From: Bacillota bacterium
Lineage (GTDB): Bacteria > Bacillota > Clostridia > Acetivibrionales > DTU013
Assembly: GCA_023412915.1 (NCBI GenBank)
Contig: JAEZRE010000018.1
Span: 123,127-187,126 of the forward strand
Length of the DNA stretch: 64,000 bases
Direction of reading: 5' to 3'
The notes beneath the pieces were generated by a model. It was not told where the DNA came from, made no database searches, and was given only the letters and a program-made list of their open reading frames with translations. Positions within the stretch are counted from its first letter, which is position 1; every line of letters starts with the position of its first letter. Shown one piece after another: positions 36,147 to 43,624 of this stretch. Position numbers and translations under genes: made by a program.

Positions 36147-36185
36147 GAGAGCCAGTCCATCAGGATTGGCTCTTGTTGTATTTTC
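36147..36185 (+). terminator. intrinsic terminator after tRNA-Ala
   Basis: AGAGCCA / 12-nt loop / TGGCTCT followed by TGTTGTATTTT. Confidence 0.6.
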
Positions 36186-36231
36186 GGGTATAGTAGCGTG
36201 AAATCAAGGGCTTCCGAGGCTATAAGGTTGA

Positions 36232-36555
36232 TTTCGCTCCCGCGCGCGTGAGTTCGCGGTATTGCGCAGCGTAGGCATGACACCGGCGGGACTCAATCGT
36301 ATGCTCAACCTTGAAAGTAAATTATGTTCTGTTAAAGCCCTTATTTTCGGAATTCCGCTTGGCATAACCGGGTCATATTTACTCTATCATGCTTTTTCGT
36401 CACTCGTAGCGCTGGATTATGCGATACCGTGGATGGCTATAGCTCAGTGCTCGCTCGCTATAATTGCCGTAACGTGGGTTACAATGCGGTATTCAATGTC
36501 ACGGCTTCGCGGCGATAATATCGTTGAAACGATACGTTCGGAACAAGGATTATAA
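36232..36555 (+). pseudogene. 5'-truncated remnant of an FtsX-family ABC permease (last ~107 codons only)
   Basis: Reads FRSRAREFAVLRSVGMTPAGLNRML..three TM helices..RGDNIVETIRSEQGL. This corresponds to the C-terminal FtsX domain only. An in-frame TGA at 36229 closes it upstream, and no ATPase or N-terminal half is nearby. Confidence 0.7.
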
Positions 36556-36772
36556 ATCACGGGTGCGGAATATCGGGCAAGGCTCCTTGGGGTTTTGAAT
36601 AAAATATACAAAACAGGGTATCGATTTATATATAATATTGTCAAATTTTCAGTTTTAATTTTGATTGGCTGCTATTGTGTGATTTACCTAAAAATGATAT
36701 GCTAAAGTCGTTTGAGAAGATTTACACAAGCAATGTATATATTAATAAATCATTACGGAAAGAAGATGGACA

Positions 36773-37825
36773 ATGACAGTTGCTCTTGGTGATTTTCTAA
36801 TTCAGATCGTTTCAAACCCGGCTTTACTTATTACTGTGCTGCTAACTCTGGGAGTTGTGCTTGTTAACGGCTGGACCGATGCTCCAAATGCCATAGCTAC
36901 ATGTATTTCCACCCGTTCCATGAGTCCCCGGCCTGCTATTATCATGGCGGCTATTTTCAATTTTCTCGGCGTATTCATTATGACAATGTTCAATTCAATG
37001 GTAGCTGAGACCATTTATAATATGGTTGATTTCAGGGGTGATACTCATGAAGCCCTGGTAGCTCTTTGCGCAGCGCTTTTTGCAATAGTTTTATGGGCTA
37101 CTGTAGCCTGGTGGTTCGGAATACCGACAAGCGAAAGCCATGCTTTGATTGCCGGGGTTTCAGGCGCGGCAATTGCGTTGCAAAAGGGTATCGGAGGAAT
37201 TAATTTCGGCGAATGGAGCAAGGTGCTGTATGGGCTTCTGCTCTCGCTTGTCGTCGGCTTTGTATCAGGCTGGGTCATTGTAAAATTGGTCGAGCTCATT
37301 TTCAAGAGGATGAACAGAAGAAAGACCTATGCGACTTTCAAATACGCCCAAATCGCTGGGGCGGCAGGCATGGCGTTCATGCACGGCGCTCAGGACGGTC
37401 AGAAGTTTATTGGAGTTTTTATGCTTGGTATATTTCTTGCCGAAGGACAAGGCCAGGTTTCAAAGTTTGCAATACCTGTGTGGCTCATTATTCTTTGCTC
37501 TCTTGTTATAGCTTTGGGTACCTCAATCGGGGGAATGCGCATAATAAAATCGGTGGGAATGGATCTGGTAAAGCTGCAGACGTATCAGGGGTTTTCTGCC
37601 GACATGGCCGGCGTCTTCTGCCTGTTCCTGGCTTCTGCCTTCGGACTGCCCGTAAGTACGACGCACACGAAGACAACTGCAATTATGGGCGTCGGAGCGG
37701 CTAAAAGGGTATCTTCCGTAAACTGGGGTGTCGTGAAGGACATGCTGGTGGCATGGTTCCTGACTTTCCCCGGATGCGGACTGATAGGGTTTTTGATAGC
37801 GTTCCTGTTTATGAGAATATTCTAA
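36773..37825 (+). CDS. pit: inorganic phosphate transporter, PiT family
   Basis: NGWTDAPNAIAT and FMHGAQDGQKFIG are duplicated PHO4 signature-type motifs. About 10 TM segments. Confidence 0.9.
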   Translation: MTVALGDFLIQIVSNPALLITVLLTLGVVLVNGWTDAPNAIATCISTRSMSPRPAIIMAAIFNFLGVFIMTMFNSMVAETIYNMVDFRGDTHEALVALCAALFAIVLWATVAWWFGIPTSESHALIAGVSGAAIALQKGIGGINFGEWSKVLYGLLLSLVVGFVSGWVIVKLVELIFKRMNRRKTYATFKYAQIAGAAGMAFMHGAQDGQKFIGVFMLGIFLAEGQGQVSKFAIPVWLIILCSLVIALGTSIGGMRIIKSVGMDLVKLQTYQGFSADMAGVFCLFLASAFGLPVSTTHTKTTAIMGVGAAKRVSSVNWGVVKDMLVAWFLTFPGCGLIGFLIAFLFMRIF

Positions 37826-37862
37826 TGCCGAAAAAATATAATGAATGAGGAAGGGCAAAACA

Positions 37863-38486
37863 ATGGCACGTAAAAAAGATGAAAACTATTTCGATACTTT
37901 TGTTGAACTGGCCGGATATTCCTGTAAGGCAGCCGCGCTGCTGAACGAGATCGTGCATAATTACGACGCGGAAAAGCTTCCTGAGAAGATGAAGGAAATG
38001 CACGCCATAGAGCATGACGGGGATGAAGCCAGACACAGGATGATAAAGAGGCTGGCCAGGGAATTCATAACGCCAATCGAGCGTGAGGACATCATGGCAA
38101 TGGCGGATTCCATAGATACAGTGACGGATACGATCGAGGACGTTGTAATGCGTATGCACATGTACAATATACGCAATGTTTCCGAGTATGCATTGAAGAT
38201 GACAGAGGTTATAGTGAAGTGTTGCGAGTCATTGAAGATAGCGTTGGATGAGTTCTATAACTTCCGCAAATCACAGAAGCTTCACAATCTTATCATTGAA
38301 ATAAACCGTCTCGAGGAAGTAGGCGATGATCTTTTCATGAAGGCTACCAGGGATCTCTATGTGAACTGTCCTGATTACAGAGATCTGTCAGCCTGGGACA
38401 CGACATACCATTACCTTGAAAAATGCTGTGATTCCTGTGAGGACGTGGCAAATGTTATTGAGAATGTCATAATGAAGAATTCATAA
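37863..38486 (+). CDS. DUF47 / PhoU-like phosphate transport regulator family protein
   Basis: Helical 207-aa protein next to pit. HAIEHDGDEARHRM and LEEVGDDLFMKA are typical of the TIGR00153/DUF47 family. Confidence 0.8.
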   Translation: MARKKDENYFDTFVELAGYSCKAAALLNEIVHNYDAEKLPEKMKEMHAIEHDGDEARHRMIKRLAREFITPIEREDIMAMADSIDTVTDTIEDVVMRMHMYNIRNVSEYALKMTEVIVKCCESLKIALDEFYNFRKSQKLHNLIIEINRLEEVGDDLFMKATRDLYVNCPDYRDLSAWDTTYHYLEKCCDSCEDVANVIENVIMKNS

Positions 38487-38530
38487 TAGTTTCTGAGGTC
38501 TCGTTTGGGGGAGATGGATTGGCTAAAGGT

Positions 38531-39598
38531 ATGAAAACCATAGTTTTGACAGGCGGAGGCACTTCGGGGCATGTTACGCCTAATATCGCATTATTGCCGG
38601 CTTTGAAAAGGGCCGGTTATTTTATCCATTATATCGGTTCGCAGAACGGGATCGAAAAGCAGCTTATAGAAAGGGAGGGCTTGCCTTACCATTCGATCAG
38701 TACAGGTAAGCTGCGAAGGTATTTCGATCTGAAAAATTTCACGGATGCCTTTAGAGTTGTGGGCGGTTTCGGGCAAGCTTATGCTTTGTTAGGGAAAATC
38801 AAGCCCGACGTTATTTTCAGCAAGGGCGGTTTCGTTTCCTGCCCGGTAGTATGGGCTGCATGGCTCAGAGGAATCCCTGTAGTCATACATGAATCGGATA
38901 TGACGCCAGGATTGACAAATAAGCTGTCAATTCCATTTTCGAAAAACGTATGCTATACCTTTCCTGAGTCCGAAGTACACATACCTTCAAAAAAAGGCGT
39001 CAGGACAGGAATGCCTATAAGGGAAGGTCTTCTCGGAGGCAGCCGTTCGAGCGGCGCCAAAATATGCGGATTCAGGACAGAGAAGCCTGTTATAATGGTA
39101 ATAGGCGGAAGCCTGGGATCCGAAAAGATCAATAACGCAGTACGCAGTATACTAGACAGGCTTCTGAAGGAATATAACGTCTGCCATATCTGCGGAAAGG
39201 GCAATTTAAAGCCTGAGCTTGAGGGAAAACCCGGTTACAGGCAGTTTGAATATATAAATGAGGAGCAGCCGCATATTTACGCACTTGCCGACCTGGTAAT
39301 ATCAAGGGCGGGAGCGACGGTTCTATTTGAATTGCTGGCCTTGAAAAAGCCAAACCTTCTCATTCCGCTTTCAAAAGCCGTAAGCAGGGGGGACCAGATA
39401 CTTAATGCGGCTTCATTCGAAAAGCAGGGCTTCAGTATGGTGCTTCAGGAAGAAAAGCTCGACGGCAATTCGTTGGAGCAGGCAATAAAAGAATTAAGCT
39501 CTTCCGGAAGCAGGTATACGCAAGCTATGAAGGCAAACAGGGAAGACAGCGGGGTGTCTGCCGTCATTAAGGTACTGGGGAAAGCTTCGGTGAAATAA
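38531..39598 (+). CDS. murG: undecaprenyl-PP-MurNAc-pentapeptide UDP-GlcNAc transferase MurG
   Basis: LTGGGTSGHVTPNIAL G-loop, VIHESDMTPG, GGSLGS, and C-terminal SRAGATVLFELLALKKP. Confidence 0.95.
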   Translation: MKTIVLTGGGTSGHVTPNIALLPALKRAGYFIHYIGSQNGIEKQLIEREGLPYHSISTGKLRRYFDLKNFTDAFRVVGGFGQAYALLGKIKPDVIFSKGGFVSCPVVWAAWLRGIPVVIHESDMTPGLTNKLSIPFSKNVCYTFPESEVHIPSKKGVRTGMPIREGLLGGSRSSGAKICGFRTEKPVIMVIGGSLGSEKINNAVRSILDRLLKEYNVCHICGKGNLKPELEGKPGYRQFEYINEEQPHIYALADLVISRAGATVLFELLALKKPNLLIPLSKAVSRGDQILNAASFEKQGFSMVLQEEKLDGNSLEQAIKELSSSGSRYTQAMKANREDSGVSAVIKVLGKASVK

Positions 39599-39619
39599 TA
39601 TGGCGCTCAGCGGCCTGCA

Positions 39620-39859
39620 TTACTGCAGATAAACCAGCTTTTGGGCGTTTTCAGGCAATAGGCAATTGAATTCATATATAATATCGTCTGCATTTCTTCT
39701 TTCCTTTTCGGAAGAAATGTAATCGATATTTTCTTTCAGGAATTTTAATTTGGTTTCCGAGTAGTCTATAAATTCTTCGTATGTTATCCTTTGTTTACTA
39801 TACATCTCATGTATCACTTTCAGCATTAGTACGGTGCATTCAGCTAATTCGGACAACAT
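39620..39859 (-). CDS. hypothetical 79-aa helical protein, divergent from agrB
   Basis: GAGG lies 9 nt before the ATG. No recognisable motif. Confidence 0.5.
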   Translation of the reverse strand: MLSELAECTVLMLKVIHEMYSKQRITYEEFIDYSETKLKFLKENIDYISSEKERRNADDIIYEFNCLLPENAQKLVYLQ

Positions 39860-39932
39860 ATAGCAAACCTCACATATTTTTTATGTACATAAAATATCAT
39901 CTTAGGAAGAGATTGTCAAATAAATTTCTATA

Positions 39933-39983
39933 ATTTCCCAATTCTATTTTTTTATCTCATTTATATTTCCCAAATTCGTTTTT
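39933..39983 (+). repeat. two 18-19-bp direct repeats in the divergent promoter region upstream of agrB
   Basis: ATTTCCCAATTCTATTTT at 39933 and ATTTCCCAAATTCGTTTTT at 39965, 32 bp start to start. Confidence 0.8.
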
Positions 39984-40082
39984 ATAACATAAAATTCTGT
40001 TTTCCGACCAATAAAATAGTATTTTCAACAAATTTTGTAATAGGGCATTGACAGCATAGTATAATTAAAACAGGTGATGACA

Positions 40083-40679
40083 ATGTTCGATAAAATCAGT
40101 AATTATATGACAGACATGATTTATGAGACATTACCCGATGTAGATCCCGAAAGGAGGGAGGTCATAGAATATGGTGTCTATATGATCGCTTCCGAAATTG
40201 TCAAGGTAAGTGTAGTGATCACTCTGGGCATCATAATGGGAATACTGCCTTATGTACTAGGTACGATAGCGATCTGCGGTATTCAAAGGACTTTTCTGGG
40301 AGGTATCCACTCTAAAACACATGTTGGCTGCGTTATTGCCCAAACTTCCATAGTGTTCGGTGTGTTGGCAGCCTCGCTTATTTCCGACATAAACAGGCTT
40401 TACTTACTTGTTCCGGCTGCTGTTTTCTCATTTGTTACCGCTTTTAAATATGCGCCTGCAGACCTTCCTCAGAAGCCCGTCAAATCGAAAAGGCAGAGGA
40501 AGCAGCTGAGGTTCGGAGGCTTTATACTACTGACAGCTCTTTTCACAACAACATGGTTTGTACCGCAGGTTTGGTCGAACATAATCATTTTCTCCTGTGT
40601 TACTCAGGCGGTTTTTATGACGCCATTTGCGTATAGAATAACAAAAAATAAGTATGGTAGAGAGGAGACATCGGCATGA
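40083..40679 (+). CDS. agrB: AgrB-family membrane peptidase (AgrD processing/cyclisation)
   Basis: Polytopic protein of about 200 aa with RTFLGGIHSKTHVGC (the conserved His/Cys region of AgrB). Immediately followed by an AgrD-like ORF. AGGTGA lies 5 nt before ATG 40083; the longest ORF starts at GTG 40074. Confidence 0.85.
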   Translation: MFDKISNYMTDMIYETLPDVDPERREVIEYGVYMIASEIVKVSVVITLGIIMGILPYVLGTIAICGIQRTFLGGIHSKTHVGCVIAQTSIVFGVLAASLISDINRLYLLVPAAVFSFVTAFKYAPADLPQKPVKSKRQRKQLRFGGFILLTALFTTTWFVPQVWSNIIIFSCVTQAVFMTPFAYRITKNKYGREETSA

Positions 40680-40819
40680 AAAAGAATTATCTAAAAGTAC
40701 TTCTTTGTTCCGCAGCGATGATAGGCGTTTTTGTAGCATCTACGGTTTCGGTTTATGGCTGTTGGTTCTGGGCATGGCACCAGAGAGAGTGCCCGAAGGC
40801 TCTGATCAGGGAAGATTAA
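40676..40819 (+). CDS. agrD: AgrD-like autoinducing peptide precursor (47 aa, absent from the ORF track)
   Basis: MKKNYLKVLLCSAAMIGVFVASTVSVYGCWFWAWHQRECPKALIRED. It has an amphipathic leader, a Cys-containing core and a charged tail with a P-K-x-L motif. ATGA overlap with the agrB stop. Confidence 0.8.
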   Translation: MKKNYLKVLLCSAAMIGVFVASTVSVYGCWFWAWHQRECPKALIRED

Positions 40820-40848
40820 GAAAGGGGTAGATATTCTACCCCTTTCTT
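40818..40848. terminator. bidirectional terminator between agrD and the convergent kinase gene
   Basis: AAGAAAGGGGTAGA-tat-TCTACCCCTTTCTT, a perfect 14-bp stem. Overlaps both stop codons. Confidence 0.85.
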
Positions 40849-42119
40849 TTTAGTATTTCTATGGTTTGCGTAAATACATTATCCTCGTAGCTTGTTATAT
40901 GCAGTATGTTTTTATTTTTTTCAATGATTTTTTTAGTGATGGCAAGGCCCATACCCCTGCCGTCACCTTTGGTCGAATAGCCTTCCTTTGCGATCATCTG
41001 GAGATCGGGCTTGCTTTCGCAGCTGTTGAATATGGATATTTCAATATAGGAATTTCCGTTTTGCATTTTCAAGCCGATGGATTTGGTGGATTTACAAGCC
41101 TCTTCAATAGCGTTGTCGAGAAAAATACCGATTATCTCGCAGAGCTCCGATATTTTAACGCCGGGTATGTTCTCGATCTCACCTATGACACTGAGGTCGA
41201 CAGCCACTCCTTTTTCATGCGCCTGGTTGATTTTGGAGGAGATTATTCCAAACAAACCGGCATTCTTCAGATTGAAGATCTCGGTATTGCCGTGTTCGGC
41301 ATTCTGAGCTATCAATTCCGATATATACTGCTTTAATTCCGACATTTTATCCATTTTAAGCATAGAGTTTATAACGGTCAGGTTATTGATCCAATCATGC
41401 TTGATTCTCCTCAGATCAAAGAGCGTACTGCGGAGAGATTCGTTGTAGAATTTCTGCTGGGCGAGATCTTCATCGCTGATGGTCTTCCTTAGCGTATTGA
41501 TCCACATTATTACTATGAAAATACAGTAGGACAGACATACTGCGGCTATTATGAGGTATGCCGTAAGGCTGAAGGTCTGCAGATAAAAATAAAGCGCCGA
41601 GGATGAACAGATTACGGCGAAGGTCACAGCAGTCACAACCAGCATGAACTTATTGTGACTCACTATTTTAATGTATTTCTTGAGAGGGTTGACAAAACTC
41701 AAAAGAAGGTAAGCGGTGAAATTGGATAATAAATTGCCCATCAGCAGCAGGAACGGGTCTCTTTGGTACAACTCCAGCGACAGATCGGAGATGAAGATCT
41801 TCAATACCACGGGTACCAATACATTACCTACCGCAAGGCCGATACTGAACAGTGTAAATGTAAAAAAAGACTGTACAAAGGAGCATTTCAGGAAAAATAT
41901 CAGGATGGAAAGGGACAATACCAACAACAATATCGGTTTGAAAGCGTATGGTGAGAGTAAATATGCTCCTATGCCGTTAATCATACTGAACGCTGCGATG
42001 AATAGAATACGGTAGTTTTTCGGTACTGCATGCTCCATTATATTTTTTACGAAGTGGGTTATTATCAGAGCCCCAATAAATGCGGAAATAATATTAATTG
42101 AGATCAACTCAAAACTCAT
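40836..42119 (-). CDS. AgrC-like sensor histidine kinase (6-7 TM sensor plus GHKL ATPase)
   Basis: Polytopic N-terminal half. Dimerisation region LRRIKHDWINNL. ATPase blocks FLDNAIEEA and GDGRGMGL. Paired with a LytTR regulator. Confidence 0.85.
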   Translation of the reverse strand: MSFELISINIISAFIGALIITHFVKNIMEHAVPKNYRILFIAAFSMINGIGAYLLSPYAFKPILLLVLSLSILIFFLKCSFVQSFFTFTLFSIGLAVGNVLVPVVLKIFISDLSLELYQRDPFLLLMGNLLSNFTAYLLLSFVNPLKKYIKIVSHNKFMLVVTAVTFAVICSSSALYFYLQTFSLTAYLIIAAVCLSYCIFIVIMWINTLRKTISDEDLAQQKFYNESLRSTLFDLRRIKHDWINNLTVINSMLKMDKMSELKQYISELIAQNAEHGNTEIFNLKNAGLFGIISSKINQAHEKGVAVDLSVIGEIENIPGVKISELCEIIGIFLDNAIEEACKSTKSIGLKMQNGNSYIEISIFNSCESKPDLQMIAKEGYSTKGDGRGMGLAITKKIIEKNKNILHITSYEDNVFTQTIEILKRKG

Positions 42120-42847
42120 ATTTTTATGCTGCTCCTTTCGCTGCAGGAGGAAAAGGAATTATTTTTAGTTCCAAGCCTGCAGCTGAAACCGTTAGTCAAT
42201 ACTACGGTTCTGTTTTTCTTATCTATATATTCGACATAATCCTTGTTTACGATAACAGCCCTGTGGCATTTTATAAATTTATGGTCATTTAACCGTGAAG
42301 ATATCGAGTCGAGGCTTTCATAGACCTCAATCACTCTGCTTGCAGTATGTATTATGGTTTTTGTACCTTCTCTCAGCATGTGCGTTATTGAGTCCATGGG
42401 TATGTAATAGATACGCGACCCGGTCTTGATCTCGAATATGCGTTTTTCGCTTTCTCGTTCTTCAATTTCCTTGTTCAATTTTACAAGGCATTTTTCCAGA
42501 TTAATGCCCACAGGCTTGGTAATAAAATGGTAGGCGTTTACCTCGAAAGCCTGCTGCATGTATTCCAGCATACCAGTGCAAAATATGATCTCCGCTTTGA
42601 TATTTTCCTTCCGGAGATATCTTGCAATATAAAGGCCGTTTACTTCCGAACGGAGATTTATATCGATAATGCAAACGTTTACCGAATGGCGGCAGACTTC
42701 CGATATGAATTCCCTGTATTCCGTTGTTGCAACCACGATTTGTCCCTTGATATTGTTTTTTGAAAACCAGGCGGGCAGAATTTGTTCATATTCTTCAAGC
42801 ACCTTTATATTATCGTCAAGAATGGCAATTGAAAGCATCATCAACAC
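42116..42847 (-). CDS. LytTR-family response regulator (AgrA-like)
   Basis: REC domain (ILDDN.., IIDINL) plus C-terminal LytTR block (YIPMDSITHM..FIKCHRAVIVNKDYV). Likely real start is ATG 42841 (GAAGGGG upstream). Confidence 0.9.
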   Translation of the reverse strand: MLMMLSIAILDDNIKVLEEYEQILPAWFSKNNIKGQIVVATTEYREFISEVCRHSVNVCIIDINLRSEVNGLYIARYLRKENIKAEIIFCTGMLEYMQQAFEVNAYHFITKPVGINLEKCLVKLNKEIEERESEKRIFEIKTGSRIYYIPMDSITHMLREGTKTIIHTASRVIEVYESLDSISSRLNDHKFIKCHRAVIVNKDYVEYIDKKNRTVVLTNGFSCRLGTKNNSFSSCSERSSIKI

Positions 42848-43044
42848 CCCTTCAAATAAATCTACTAAGGCGGTTTATCTATATATGTAAATTTAGCGTT
42901 CATCCTATGAAAATTACCCATAAAATAACAAAAAAGAAAAAGCTGTTAGCAATTAAGTACAGTATACTATTGATATTTGTTCTTGAAAAGTAAGAATTTA
43001 TTCCCATAATACTGATACTACAGTCACCGTCGCTTTGTCCATAG

Positions 43045-43262
43045 CTACAAATATTTACCGGCTTTGGGTATGCTGTCAGAGCATGTTTGGTAGAGCCGCG
43101 AACAATATGCCGACTTTTGTAAGTACTTCTCAATACCCTCGCTGATACCTTCGGCTAGTTTAAATTGATATAATTGCTCCGACATTTTTAATATCTTGAC
43201 GGGCAGTAGACATGAATCCCATTTCGACTAATGCGACAGGTATGGTGGACAGCTTTAACTTT
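43045..43262 (-). pseudogene. frameshifted C-terminal remnant of an Amidase_3-type N-acetylmuramoyl-L-alanine amidase
   Basis: One frame reads KLKLSTIPVALVEMGFMSTARQDIKN. The +1 frame continues MSEQLYQFKLAEGISEGIEKYLQK. Together they mimic the ..iPavLvElGFmsN..d...l.s..yq.kiAeaI.eGI.kYl C-terminus. No upstream catalytic part is present. Confidence 0.45.
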
Positions 43263-43270
43263 CGTTTATA

Positions 43271-43308
43271 AAACAAAAAAAGCCTTCAAAGAGGCTTTTT
43301 TGTTTTTT
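43271..43308. terminator. bidirectional-type terminator immediately 3' of tRNA-Lys
   Basis: AAAAAAGCCT-tcaaag-AGGCTTTTTT, a 10-bp stem flanked by long A and T runs. Confidence 0.8.
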
Positions 43309-43384
43309 TGGTGCGCCATCAGGGATTCGAACCCGGGACACCCTGATTAAGAGTCAGGTGCTCTACCAACTGAGCTAATGGCGC
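43309..43384 (-). tRNA. tRNA-Lys (anticodon CUU), CCA encoded
   Basis: Reverse complement is GCGCCAT-TA-GCTC-AGTTGGTA-GAGC-A-CCTGA-CTCTTAA-TCAGG-GTGTC-CCGGG-TTCGAAT-CCCTG-ATGGCGC-A-CCA. There is one C-U mismatch in the T stem. Confidence 0.85.
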
Positions 43385-43405
43385 GTATCTCAACGGCACT
43401 TCCTT

Positions 43406-43434
43406 ATTATAATGGCATCCTGCCGTGTTGTCAA
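43406..43434 (-). promoter_or_regulatory. consensus sigma-A promoter driving tRNA-Lys
   Basis: Minus strand has TTGACA, 17-nt spacer, TATAAT. The -10 ends 21 nt before the mature tRNA 5' end. Confidence 0.75.
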
Positions 43435-43624
43435 CACTAAATTACTCCTTTTTTACACTCCAATTTTTAGTTTATCTTAAGCTTTGTATACTTATTTCAA
43501 CAGTATTTTACTAGTGCGACTAAAATATCGGATTTTTAGCGAACACACAAAGGAATATATGAAATAAATGTAGAATAGATATATACCGTGCAAAAGTATA
43601 CTGATGGGATAAGCGGGTGAATAT

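Noticed and set aside
36556-36772. Possible PhoP/Pho-box repeats (TTTACC, TTTACA) upstream of the pit gene.
   Set aside because: Only isolated hexamers with no consistent 11-bp phasing. A+T-rich background makes chance matches likely.
39599-39625. Possible att-like direct repeat of the tRNA-Lys 3' end (TGGCGCTCAGCGG versus TGGTGCGCCATCAGGG) at the far end of the agr block.
   Set aside because: The match needs two gaps and covers only about 13 nt. That is not distinguishable from chance without a statistical search.
40035-40065. Attempted agrB promoter assignment: TTGACA at 40048 and TATAAT at 40060.
   Set aside because: The two hexamers are only 6 nt apart. The alternative TTGTAA at 40035 gives a 19-nt spacer. 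No acceptable -35/-10 geometry, so no promoter is reported.
42900-43133. 77-aa minus-strand ORF and a 35-aa hydrophobic sub-ORF (MGINSYFSRTNINSILYLIANSFFFFVILWVIFIG) just upstream of the LytTR regulator, considered as a second signalling peptide or bacteriocin-like gene.
   Set aside because: No Shine-Dalgarno, and no double-glycine or AgrD-like features. It partly overlaps the amidase relic. Most likely non-coding promoter DNA.
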